Shown piece after piece: positions 1 to 11,215 of a stretch of DNA of 64,000 nucleotides (position 1 is the first letter of the stretch; each line of letters begins with the position of its first letter). The position numbers and the translations under genes were made by a program. Origin of the DNA: Vicugna vicugna (lineage: Eukaryota); the NCBI GenBank assembly GCA_013265495.1, contig MU057887.1:1747985-1811984 (forward strand), in the 5' to 3' direction. The notes beneath the pieces are model-generated. The model searched no databases and was not told the DNA's origin. It saw nothing but the letters and a program-made list of their open reading frames with translations.

Positions 1-1116
1 GGGCAGTGCTGTGTGTGAAATAAATGTTGGTCACACATAAGAAAGAGAAGTTTATTTGTTGGACTTCTCTGCAGTTGGGCCTTTTGAGGAATTCACTGGC
101 GCCCAGTGGCCCCAGTGGCCCTGCCTTGCTGGGGGGACCTGTCGCATTTGCTGTGGCCGAGAGCCGGGAGGCCGCCTGACTGGTAGCAAGGGGAGGGCCC
201 CTATTGTACAGGAGGTCCAAGCGTTGTTTTTGGGGGAGGGAAATTCTTCTTGCTGACGAATTGGAGAGCCACACAGTCGATTGTTATTTTGAACAGAAGT
301 CTGCACCCAAGAACGCCGCAAGGAGAAGGCCCATCGTGCTCTGGCCTTGTGCCGTAACCCTGGCACGTCTGTCCGGGTTTTGTTGTGACAAAGTAGCCTC
401 CCCTTTCTGTGATGAGATTCCACCCGCTCGGGATAGTTGCAGTGTAAGCAGTGTTCTCCGTCCTGTTCACGGCCCGTTGGCTGGATGTACCAGCGGGGAG
501 AACCGGGGTATCCGTTCTGGACTGACGGGTTGCCAGGGGCGTCGCCAGAGGCACAGAAAGCCTGCTTCCTGGTGAGGCCGTGCCAGGTGAGTGGCCGCGG
601 ACGTGGTGAGTTGCTGCAGAGGCGATGGCCGTGGGCCCCACTGCAGCCTGCGCACGGAGCCCGGATGCTGGGCACCGCTGCCCACTCTGGCTGTAACCTG
701 TACCACACTTGGTGTGTCAGGAGCATGAAACCATGAGCAGAAGTTTGGCGGTGATGTGTGATGAATTATTGAGGACCAAGAATTGTCAATGGAAGCACCT
801 TGCTTATTTGCAGATGGCCCCGGCCAGCCACTCGTGGCGTGGTCAGTGGCAGCCGGGCGGTCCATCAGGTGAGCCTGTGCTTTAAAGGCCTGCTTCACCT
901 CAGCGGAGTTGTGCTGTGCTCTGGCTCCTGTGAGTGTCCTTCTGGGCTTTCGCTGTCTTCGTGGCGGTTACTGGGAGTGAAGTAGAGCAGCACCGCCTTC
1001 ATCCTGAGAGCACCTCCTCCCCGGGGGGCTCGGGGTGGCCCGCCTGTTCTCGTGGGGACTTGGGACTTGCACCTTGGAGCCCCGGCCCCCAGCCAGACCA
1101 TGAGCCGTGGAAGGGC

Positions 1117-1140
1117 AGGGCCCAGGGCCCAGGGCCCAGG
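1117..1140. repeat. (AGGGCCC)3 short tandem repeat
   Basis: agggccc agggccc agggccc agg read directly. Confidence 0.8.
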
Positions 1141-3763
1141 CCCCGTCTCGGCGCCTGGCCCCCATGGGGCACCGCTGAGCTCTGGATTTTCATGGCCTCT
1201 GACCTCTGTCGTCAGATTGTTGTTCAGAACCCATGTACCCTTCCTCGAGTGAGACTCCTGTGGTCTGTGTGTTCCTCTTGGTCCAGGAGTCTGTTCTCTT
1301 CAGCTGTGTCAGTAGTGGATATTTTAAATTTTGAAACTTGAACAGGTTTGTAGGCGAGTTCATGATGTTCATTTCGTTTTATTAAACACTAGTGCTGTTG
1401 ATCATTTCTGTATGTTTTTAACTGAGTTTTAAAATGCATAACCTTTGCACGTGTTTTCCTCCTTTTCGCTGGGCTTCTCACATGCTCTTCTCACGGGGAG
1501 GGGATTCTCGGTAGGTTGTTGCTGTGAATCCCTGGCCCGTGCTGTCCCAGCTGTTTTCCCACTTGCTTTGCTTTCTGGGTTTTTCACTTACAGCCACGTC
1601 GAGTTCGTGTGCGGTCGCGTGGACCCGGTTTTCCCGTCGTCCCGGCTATCCTGGGAGGGTCTGTTTCTGAGCTGCTCACGCGGCGGCAGGCTCCCCCGGG
1701 CTGGTCCTGCCCCCTTGTCCCCCTCCTCACCCCGGGGAGTGTCTCTGCACGCGCCTTCCGGGGTGGCTTCCGGCCTCAGCAGAGCCCCACGCGCGGTGCT
1801 CAGCCCCCCCGGACCTGGCTCCCCGAGGCTTTCGGGAACAAGCCCGGTCCTGTGCTGGTCGATCTTTCTTTCCATTTGACTGCATTAGTAATGATCTCAG
1901 TGAGGGAGTGTTTGCTGATGGATTTAAAGACCCGTTTATCCTTTGAGGAATTATTTTTGACTTAATTAGATAAAGGGAGTAAATCAATTTGGTGGATTGA
2001 TTTATGATCAGTTTGCGTTTTCAGATTATCATGACTCAAGGAGCTTATTCTCTGTATAAATGACTGCTGTCCGCCTTCTGAAAGATGACTGTCTCCACAG
2101 GAAGCTGCTTCTGACTGGCAGCGCGGCATCGGACGGGTCCTGACCAGCACGGCTTCCAGCCCTTTCCTTGCTAAGTCGTAACGAGGGGCCAAACCCTTAC
2201 GGGCAGGGGACGGACGGGAAGGATAGCTTCCGTCCTGTGAGCCCAACGCGGGTGCCAGGTGCCGCCGCATCCCGGACGAATTGTGGGCTCCTCTGGGTGC
2301 GGGGGTGGGGGGCCCAGCCGAGAGCCTGCCCTGTCAGGACAGCTGGCCCCGCGGACCTGTTGTCCCGAGAACCCGGCCTGCGAGTCTCGAAGGCGAGCCC
2401 AGCCCCAGCTGCAGCCTTTCGGGGGCCTCAAGGTCAGAGGGGTGACCTTCTTAGCGACCCCGAGCTTCCATGGAGAGGCGGCGGTTGCATGGCCGTCTGG
2501 GCCCACTGGGAAGCCTGCGGCCTCCAGTTGGCATGAACCCTCAGCGATTTGCGTGCTGTTGGCGTCGTTCCTGGAAGCAGATTAGACTTCGCCTCTTACC
2601 TTAAATTCGGCAGTAATTCGGATGCTTCTCTTCAGCAGAGACCGTGGGGTGAAATCTCGTCTTGCTCTCCGTGGACGATGTTGTGTGGGCTGCCTGTGCT
2701 CTGGGTCTAGCTGTGCGTGTCACGACCCCTCCCTCCTAGACCGCAGGCTCTGCGGCGGCTGTCCCTTCGTCCACCTGGCACGGCTTGCTGGGTGCTGGGG
2801 ACACGGAGAGCAAGGGGGCTGCAGCCCTGCTCTCGAGCTCTTACTGCAGCGGGGGGACAGAGCACACAGGAGAGCAGCAGGGAGCGATGCGGCTGGTGAC
2901 GCGTGTCATGGGAGGAGTGCAGCGGGTGGTCTAGGGCCTGGCATCAGTGGTGTGGAATCGATGTGTTCTCTGGTGATGTTTTTGTGAACAGGGGCATCAG
3001 TGGCGGGGCCCACGCTCTCGGACGGTTGGGGCTTGCAGGCTCCAGCGCCGTGGCCTTCCCTCCCTGTCCGCTGCGCGGGCCCTCCGTCAGACCCCCTCTC
3101 CCCGCAACTCGCTCGCACGCAGCCTCTAATGCCCGGGTCTCCCTGCCTGCTGGGGAGTCTGGCTGCGGAGCCTGGCAGCCGCGATCCTCACAGACTCTCG
3201 TCCCGCCTCAGTCGTGCGGAGACCGCCCGGCTCCTGGCTCTGACTCCCCTGCGCCTTTCCTCCCGCCGCCTCATTCTCCGTACCGCGTGCTCTGTTCTGC
3301 ACCTTCTCTGGCTCAGTGCCAGCGCCGCCTCTTCCCTGCCAACGCCTCCCTGGGGACCAGGGACTCTGCTTTTCTGGGCCTGTCCGTCCCTTGTCACTGC
3401 TCGCTCTCCACGTGGCTGGTTCTCTGCTCACAGACAGGGCCGTCCACACTGCATCTCCCTAGAAACAAATCAGGTCAACAAATACGATAAATCAGCAAGA
3501 TCGGTAAACGGGGGCGGAGGGCCCCGTGAGCCGGGAGGTGAACGGAGGCATCGGGCCCTCTTCCCCCGGCCTGGATGGTGGTTCTTTGTTCACCTCCACC
3601 TTCGCCCCGGCCGCACGGTTGCCCGCACGTGCAGGTGCTCGATACGTGTTAATAGAATCAGTCAGCGTCTCAACCAACAGTATTTCTGCGAACAAAAACT
3701 CCTACTCCCAGCATTAGGAGAAAGAATCAAAGACCCAGCCGAGCCAGAAGACAGCTGTGAGCT

Positions 3764-3875
3764 GGGGGGGGGGGTGCAGCTCAGCGGCAGAGCACGTGCT
3801 TAGCACGCACGAGGTCCTGGATGTAGTCCCAGCACCGCCACTCATTAAGTAAATAAATAAATAGAGAAACCTAAC
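3764..3875 (+). mobile_element. tRNA-derived SINE, resembling camelid Vic-1
   Basis: G-run head, A-box-like gcagctcagcggcagagc, degenerate B-box region gaggtcctggatgtagtcccagc, then a (TAAA)n tail and aaacctaa. Resembles the camelid SINE as I recall it. Confidence 0.75.
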
Positions 3876-6479
3876 CTTAGGAATGTTATGAGATTGAAAT
3901 GTTTTCTTTCGCAGAAGTGACACAGCGAAAACGAGAGTCCCTAACGACGCAGAAACGCCCCTGCACTTTTTAGCCCCACATCCACTCCGCTGCTTTCATT
4001 TCCCAGGTGTCGTCAGAGATCCTTTCCACTTGGAACCGGGTACCAGCTGGTCAGAGGGAAAGTCGGTCACTGCCCGACCCTGTTCCCGGTCCTGTGCCGT
4101 CTACGCGGGGCTGCGTCTTTCTGAGGCTGGAGAGCCCTGGCTGGGGCGTGTGCTTGGGGTGGTGGTGGGTTGGGACAGAGCCGTGCTGTTTGTCGCATGG
4201 GGTCCCTCTCGGGGCCAGGAGGCTGATGGCTGGATGTGGCTGAAGGGTGCCGTCTTGCCTGGCCAGGAGGGGGCGCCTCGCCTTGCCCTGTCCTTGGTCT
4301 GTGACCGCCGTCCCCGGACGTCCCATCCAGCTCCCGTGGGCCCGTGTCTGTGGGCCGCTGGTTGTCGACCACGCCGCGGAGCTGCGAGCCCTGGTGGGGT
4401 TTAGTCTGTGACCTTGAGCTGCGCGTTATTTGTGTGGAAATTAAGCATTCCTGCTGCTCAGCCAGTCTGACCAGAACGTGGGTTGTGTTGCTGGGCCAAG
4501 GCGTTTTGTGAATTTATAGTCTTGGGTTGTGACATTTTTCTCGGCAAAAACAGGACTTCTCCCTGCATTGGAACCCAAATCCACTTACTTAATTGCTGAA
4601 ATCTCCATCACCAAAGTGTTGGGGCTTCAAACGTAAAACTCCCAAGTTGAGCGATGCAGACTAGACGTGGAGCGGTGCCCGCTCGCTTCTGAAGGAGGGC
4701 GGGTTCTGATCACCAGTGGAGCTCCTGATTATGTGGAGAGGCCTGTCGCAGGGCGTGTGCGGTGTGGGGGGAGGGTGACGACCGTAGACTCACCAGCAGT
4801 GTCGGAATCCCCTGAAGTTCCAGGCGCTGTGTGAACCTGAGCTGTTTCTCCTCCCTAATTAGCAGGCTGCACCCCTGCGTGCCTTACTGCGAGGGAGGAC
4901 CTAGCTGTGAGCACCCCCGATCGCCGGGAGGGGTGGTTCCCGTCTGTCCGTGCTGGCCAGGCGGCACCACTGCCGGGGGCAGGCCGGGGTCTCGTGGAGG
5001 CAGCGGAGGTCGTGCAAGTTCCGCCCCTGGGAGACCCAGCTCCCAGCTGTCGTGCCATCTGGCGGAGGGGACGTGGTTCGTGTCTGACTGCCGAGGGGTG
5101 GTCGTTCCTGTGCACCAGGCCCTGCCTTGCGGACTTATGGCTGCACAGACAGCTGAGCGAGTGGTCCGCTGCCCTCCTGTCCCTGCAGATCAAGATCTGA
5201 GTGCCTGGCCGGGTCGGAGCAGCAGAGACACCACTGAAGCCAGTGGCCTTGACCCAGGAGCTCGTCCCAGCCCCATGGCGTGCGTTTCCGGGCCCAAGCG
5301 GGTGGACAGCAGGCTGGCCTCTAGCAGGCGGCGCCTGTGTTCCACCTGCTGCTTTTATCTGTGGTTTTGTCCCGCTGCGCCCCCGGCACCCCCGTGCACC
5401 TCTCCTGTGCCCCTGCCAGGGGCCAGCCCTGCCAGCCACGGTGTGTGCTGCCCTTGGGCCCGTCCCTCGGCTCTCACGCTGCCGTCACAGCCGGGGGCTT
5501 CCAGCATGTTCTGTGCGGCTCTCTGAGCTTCCCCGTGGAGGTGGGCGCTTTCTCTGGCAGGGTGGTATTTATCTCACTCTGACAATAAGGGTCATTCCGA
5601 CGCGCTCGGGTTTTCAGAGACAAATTGGCATAGGGGCGCTCTGAGTTAAATGTCATTACTTCATTACGTCGAAGAGTAACAAATGGCCCGTTGTGAGAAA
5701 TGACACTTGGAATGGGCCGCCGACACTTCCCTGGATAAAGTAATAAGCTAAACAGACTAAGAAGAATTGCCGAGGCCTCCGCCTGCGGGTCTGGGCAGGG
5801 GCGGACCAGCTGGGTCTGCGAACGAGGAGGGGAGCCCGAGGCCTGGGGGTGGCGGCTTGGCCCCTGTCTGCCTTTGATTGTGGCTGAGGAAGTATCTCTG
5901 TGCTTTGAGGGCCCTTGAAAGAGAATCTGTCGACGGGAAACTTCTCCGAAGGAGCCCTGTGGATGCCGTTGGCTCAGCTCCCCGAGGCGGGGAGAGAAGA
6001 CCAGGTCTGCTCTGGCTCGGTGGGGTGCAGAGTCGATTCTGCCGAAGCTGTTTTCCCAGCGGGGAGGTGTCCCCCGAGAGGGGGCCACTTGCAGCCCTGT
6101 GCGTGAGCTTCATCTCGACCAAGGGTGGGGGCCTGGTGTCCCGAGCCTGGGCCAGCCGGGGCTCGTGGGCCCTGCACGGAGGCCCCAGGCGGTCAGCCAC
6201 TCCGGGAAGCTGGCCTGAAATGCCCTCCCTGCTTTGCTTTCCGATTTCCGCTGTGCGCAGGGAACAGGGCGGTGGGAGGGTGTTGGCGGCGGCTCCCCCA
6301 GCCACACACCTAGTGTGAGTGAGGCGTGTTCGGTGCCACCGGGGAAGTGACTGCAGTGCGCACGTGAGGTGTGCCTGCACGGAGAGGTGGCGTGCTTGTG
6401 GGAGCCGGTACCTGCACCGGCGTCGGACAGGTGCGGGTCCACACCCCGGCCCCGCCGCTTCCCAGGCCGGGCTCCGCGT

Positions 6480-6610
6480 TTCTCCACACCCCATTTTCCG
6501 TGGGGCACAAGGGTGGTGATAATAGAGTTAATGCATTTAAACCACGAGGAAGGGTGCCTGGCATATAATAACCACTCAGTAAATGTCAGCAGATTGTATT
6601 ATATTATATT
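6480..6610 (+). mobile_element. MIR 3' fragment
   Basis: gagttaatgcatttaaa...gtgcctggcatataataaccactcagtaaatgtcagc...tattatatt matches the MIR 3' end. Confidence 0.6.
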
Positions 6611-7386
6611 GTCATTTTTACCCACTTAAACCTTCCTGGAGTATATTCTAGGCTGACATCTTTCTTTTCTTAAAGAACATCTTCCTTCCAAAGATGGCAT
6701 GCACATTTGCAAAATAAAACAAAAGTAAATAGAATTTTAAAAATGGGATGCACAGTTTTTTAAAACATTTATGAGTGTTATGCTGGATGGTAGCAATTTT
6801 TGTTATGATCTAAAATTAGTTTGTTCAAATGTCTGATAAGCCATTTCAATTAGGCATCTGTTTTGCATTTTAAAACTTTTAAGTTATGTTTTCTCGTTAG
6901 ACTTTTTGTACTTGAAGGAGGAAATGATTTAGAGCACCATTGCCTGTTTTCTCAAATACATCTGGGTTTTGCTTTCTTGGTGTTTGCTTGTAGCCTAGAA
7001 GTATTTTCCAGTGTGAAAATATTTTGGACTAATCTTGGAAGGAGGTTTTCAGCAGAATTATTACTGATTATGAGTATGTGAACATATTAGAAGCAGAATT
7101 TAAAAAATCTTAGAAAGAAAAGTTCAGATCTTGGTTAGGAATAAGAAATATATTTTAGGTTCTCTCTTACTAGGTTGTGAAGTGCCCAAGAAGCAGCGAT
7201 TTGTAATATATTAATTATGCTAATTTATTGGAGAGGATTCAGGATATTAATTATCTGCGACTAATTAGGTATTAAGATTGAGAGCCAGTAAGTGATGGGG
7301 TGGAAGGCTGTGAGGCCTCTAGCTGGAGCAGGGGAGCTGGGCGGAGGGGTCTGGCCAGCAGCTGCAGCTGGTTTATCCACCCTGAG

Positions 7387-7425
7387 CACTAACTGCACGC
7401 TGTCTCTCCCGCCCGCGGCGCCCAG
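7387..7425 (+). promoter_or_regulatory. Branch point and 3' splice site of the 7426 exon
   Basis: CACTAAC (7387-7393) matches the YNYTRAY consensus, followed by the pyrimidine-rich tgtctctccc and a CAG. Confidence 0.7.
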
Positions 7426-7535
7426 ACGGCGAGGATGTGGCCGCTGCCGACGTGTCCCGCGTGCCCGCGGACGTGCTGCGCAACGTGGAGGCTGACACGT
7501 ACTGGTGCATGAGCAAGCTGCTGGACGGCATCCAG
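7426..7535 (+). CDS. TBC1D22A: TBC1D22A internal coding exon (110 nt; phase 1 in, phase 0 out; probably equivalent to human exon 9)
   Basis: Acceptor cccag| ends at 7425 and donor CAG|gtgagc starts at 7536. Encodes (D)GEDVAAADVSRVPADVLRNVEADTYWCMSKLLDGIQ, with the TBC motif EADTYWCMSKLLDGIQ. Confidence 0.96.
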
Positions 7536-9879
7536 GTGAGCCCCGCGGCCTGGCCCGCGTCCACTCCCGTGCCACAGGAGCCCCTGTCTCCATCTGGAGT
7601 AGTCTGTACTCCTCAGGCTTGACCGGCTGTGAGAAATACCATGTGTGTGTCCGTGCGTCTGTCCGTCTGGCGGTGGACAGGCGCCCTGTTCTGGAGCCAG
7701 TCGTGGTGTCCTGCTGAGGGCATCCTCGTCGGGAAGCTGCAGTGCAGGGCTGGGAGGGAGGGGCCCTTCCCTGCAGAGTCGGGTCCCCACTGGTTCCCAC
7801 TTGCCTGGCTCTGCTGCCTGTGACACCACGTGGTCCTGCCCCGACACATGGGCTGTCCTCGATCAGCCGTTTCACTGTCCCCATTAACTGTATTCAGAGG
7901 AACCCGCCCCTTAAAGGGCATCTGACTTAGGGCCTGGGCTCCTCATCGATGACACTGGGGCCTGCGAGTGGCTGGCCCCACCGCCCCTGCCGGCCTCGGG
8001 TCAGAGATTCTCAGTGCTTATGGGCCTGCGGCCGGGCCAGGACACAGGGAGTTCGGGGGCTGGGGGAGCCCTGCTGGACCTGGTGTCAGCTGGGGCCAAC
8101 GGCTGGGGTTTCTGCAGGAAAGCCAGTCTCCCAGTGCCAGGGGTGGTTTTAAGGAATCATCCATTCCCCATGAATCAGGGGTGCCTCTACACATGCCCAC
8201 CAAGGACGTCGTTGGTGGGTCAGGAGCAGGAGGAGGGCTGGAGCCTGATCGGGAGCAGGAAGCAGCCGAGGTAGACAGATGCCCCCACGGCCTGCAGGCC
8301 TGTTTAGGCTCATCTGATGCCCACACAGCGTTCCTGGACACCTGCTCCGCGCCCAGTGCTGCTCTGGCCCTGGGGAAGGAGAGGAGAGTGAGGGGAGGGG
8401 TCCCGGGGCCCCCCAGGGGTGGACGGTAGATGCCCTGGTGCGTCACCTGAGGCACAAAGCCAACTCCCGAGTACACACACATGGGGTGGAGTGGGACCTG
8501 GCGGGAGGACCATGAATTTGCCGACAGAGGACAGGAAAGCCCAGGGCAGAGTTTTGGTCCGAAGTTCGTTCTGATCTCTCACTTAAAGGCTGTCTGTTGC
8601 AAAGACGGCTGCCACAGGGGTAGGGTGAGGCCGGGCGGGGCGTGGGTCTTGTGTTCTGCCAGGGTCCCTTTGTGCCACTTGGAGACTGGACGTGTGATGA
8701 GGATGCCCTGGCACGTGCGTTTCCCACCAGGTTTGGCTTTTCCTGAGCTGCTGTCACGGCAGGCGCTCCTGACTCACTAAGTGGAGAGGTCTCAGCCAGG
8801 CTGCTTGATTCGAAATGGTCCAAGTGGGGCTGTTATGAGATGCAGTGTGAAGACTGAGGCCCTGGGGTTTAATTTGAATGAATCAGCTAGCACGATTCTG
8901 TTGAAAACTGTGTGGCTTCACATTCCCTTTGACAACTCAAGAACTGACAGAGAGAAAGTGGAAGCCCTTCCTGGAACTGAACAGTGGAAACATGTGTCAG
9001 CAAGCCAGTCCAGGTCTCCTGTGACTGACTTTGTGTCCTGTAGAGAAAAATGTGTCTGCTGGAGACATTTTTTGGCCCCAGCATCAATTCATCATTTCCT
9101 TACATTGCTAATGTTTTCATATTTTTTTAATCTTTCTCCCAAAATGGAAGACTTTTTTCCTCCTTAGGAAAGGGATTGAATCCTAATGTGAAACTTTATC
9201 AATTTCAAATGTCACTTCTCTGATCATGAGTGACAGAACTTCTGCCATTCAAATACAAGATTATCCAGCTCCTATTTGTAAATAAAATCAGCTGTACAAT
9301 GAGATCGATGCTGGCTTTTCATTTTTCAGCTGAGATTTGTTGCCTGATGAAATGGTTACTTGACGGGGTGCTGCGTGCGAGGCATAATGCTTCTCTGGCA
9401 TGGGTGTGTTCACGACGCACAGCGGCCGGCAGTGGCCACCTGTCTTTCCCACAGTCACGGTGGATTCCACACGATCCCCATGTGACTAGTGTTTGGGGGC
9501 ACCCGTTAGCTGCATCTGGAGAATTTCGGGAGCTCTTCTGGGATTCCTTGGATGAGACCGTTGTCCCCAGTGAGCCCGTGCGAGCTCCTCTGGGGGACTT
9601 TCTAGTGTGTGCAAGTACCACTGCCCTTCAGGCCTGGTAAGTGTGAGGATGTGAACTGCTGTAAGGTCAGGAGGAAGAGGGGCCGGGATGTCAGGACCCC
9701 CAGGACCCAGGTGCTTCTGTCCCCCATTGTTGGCTGCTTCCACGTCTTAGCTCAAGTCCCTGCTCCTGGTCTCACCCCCTCTATCCACGCTTCTTAGAAC
9801 TTCTAGACTGTGTCTTCCTTAATTTAAGCAGCCTTTTCATCACATCATGTCCTGTTTGAAAACCATTGAATAAATATGT

Positions 9880-10315
9880 CTTCCTGATACATGCCCAGGA
9901 GTGGGATGGCTGGATCATACGGTAAGTCTAGTTTTAGTTTTTTAAGGAGCCTCCATGCTGTCCTCCGCAGGGGCTGCACCAGTTTGCGTTCCCACCAGCA
10001 GTGCAGGAGGGCCCCCTTCCCTCCACGCCCTCTCCAGCACTGATCACTTGCGGACTTTCTGATGACGGCCGTTCTGACCAGCGGGAGGCGCTACCTCGCT
10101 GTAGTCTTGACTTGCATTTCTCTGATAATTAGTGATTCTGAGCATCTTTTCATGTGCCTGGTGGCCATCTGAATGTCTTCACTGGAGAAATGTCTGTTTA
10201 GGTCTTCTGCCCATTTTTTGAGTGGATTGCTAGTTGTTGTTTTTTTTAAACTGTATGAGCTGTTTGTATATTTTGGAAATTTGTCCCTCGTTGGTCACAT
10301 CATTTGCAAATATTA
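9880..10315 (-). mobile_element. L1 internal fragment (ORF2 C-terminal region), no 3' UTR or poly(A)
   Basis: cccaggagtgggatggctggatcatacggtaagtctagtttt..., ttcccaccagcagtgcaggagg, gcatttctctgataattagtga and catttgcaaatatt are antisense L1 ORF2 hallmarks. Confidence 0.9.
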
Positions 10316-11215
10316 ATTTTTTTGGTTTGGTTTAGTGCAGACCCTCAGCCTGGCCCTCACCAGTTGCTCCCCTCATTTTATCAAGTTCAGGTTTATCTCA
10401 TGGGGTAACAGTCCACACCTGTGCCGAAGAGGCTCCAGGAGCCACAGTCGGGGCTGAGGGGTCCACACGGTGGCCATCCTCTCGGGGAATGACAGGCCTC
10501 TCGTGACTGGTGGGGTGGCGGTGAGGGGAGGGGGGGGAAGTGACCCCCGGCGCCGCTCATGCTGCACCTCCTGCCCGCTGGTGCCCCCTGCCGGTGACTC
10601 GGCCTCGCAGCGGAGCCGTTGTCGCAGCCTGGGCACGCGGAGCGGCGAGCCCCTCCCCCACGATCAGGCGGCCTGGGTCGGGCCCGCACCCAGCCCCGAA
10701 GCCTGTGGTTTCCTACCCTGCTGGACCACCTTCTCCAGCGAAAAGAAGTGGAAGTGAGTTCCGCTTCGCGGGAGACGTCCTGGAGGGCAGAAGCCACGTC
10801 TGCTCACGTCCTTGCCCTCGGGTGACCTGCATGGGAGCAGCCGTGTTTCTGGCTCTCTGGGGGCCTCAGCATGAGACCCTGCTCCGCTTTCGGCCAGAGT
10901 GTGGGGAGCACCTGGCACCTGCAGCCACGGGGCTGGGTGCATGGGATTCACCCCACAGTGTCCCTGAGAAGCTCGTAGCCAGTGGCAGGCGTGGGGAGAG
11001 GCCTGCTGACAGTGGGCAGGGTGCCGGGGGAGGGGCCTGGTCCCAGCTCGCGGAGCAGACAGACAAGGGGAGCCCCGGAAATGAGCGGGTGAGCCGCGGG
11101 CTGACCCGGGGAGCCTGCGGGGAGCCGCCAGGCGTGGTGACGGCTGGGAGTAAAGGAAGATAAGAGCCGGGCCTGGGAAAATGCAGGTGCTGCCCGGTAA
11201 CGACATGCGGCAGTT

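Noticed and set aside
400-530. C/D box snoRNA (TGATGA near 407, CTGA near 521)
   Set aside because: No terminal stem or C'/D' boxes, and such short motifs are frequent by chance.
3764-3845. tRNA gene
   Set aside because: The A box is present, but the B box is degenerate, there is no acceptor stem, and there is an A-rich SINE tail.
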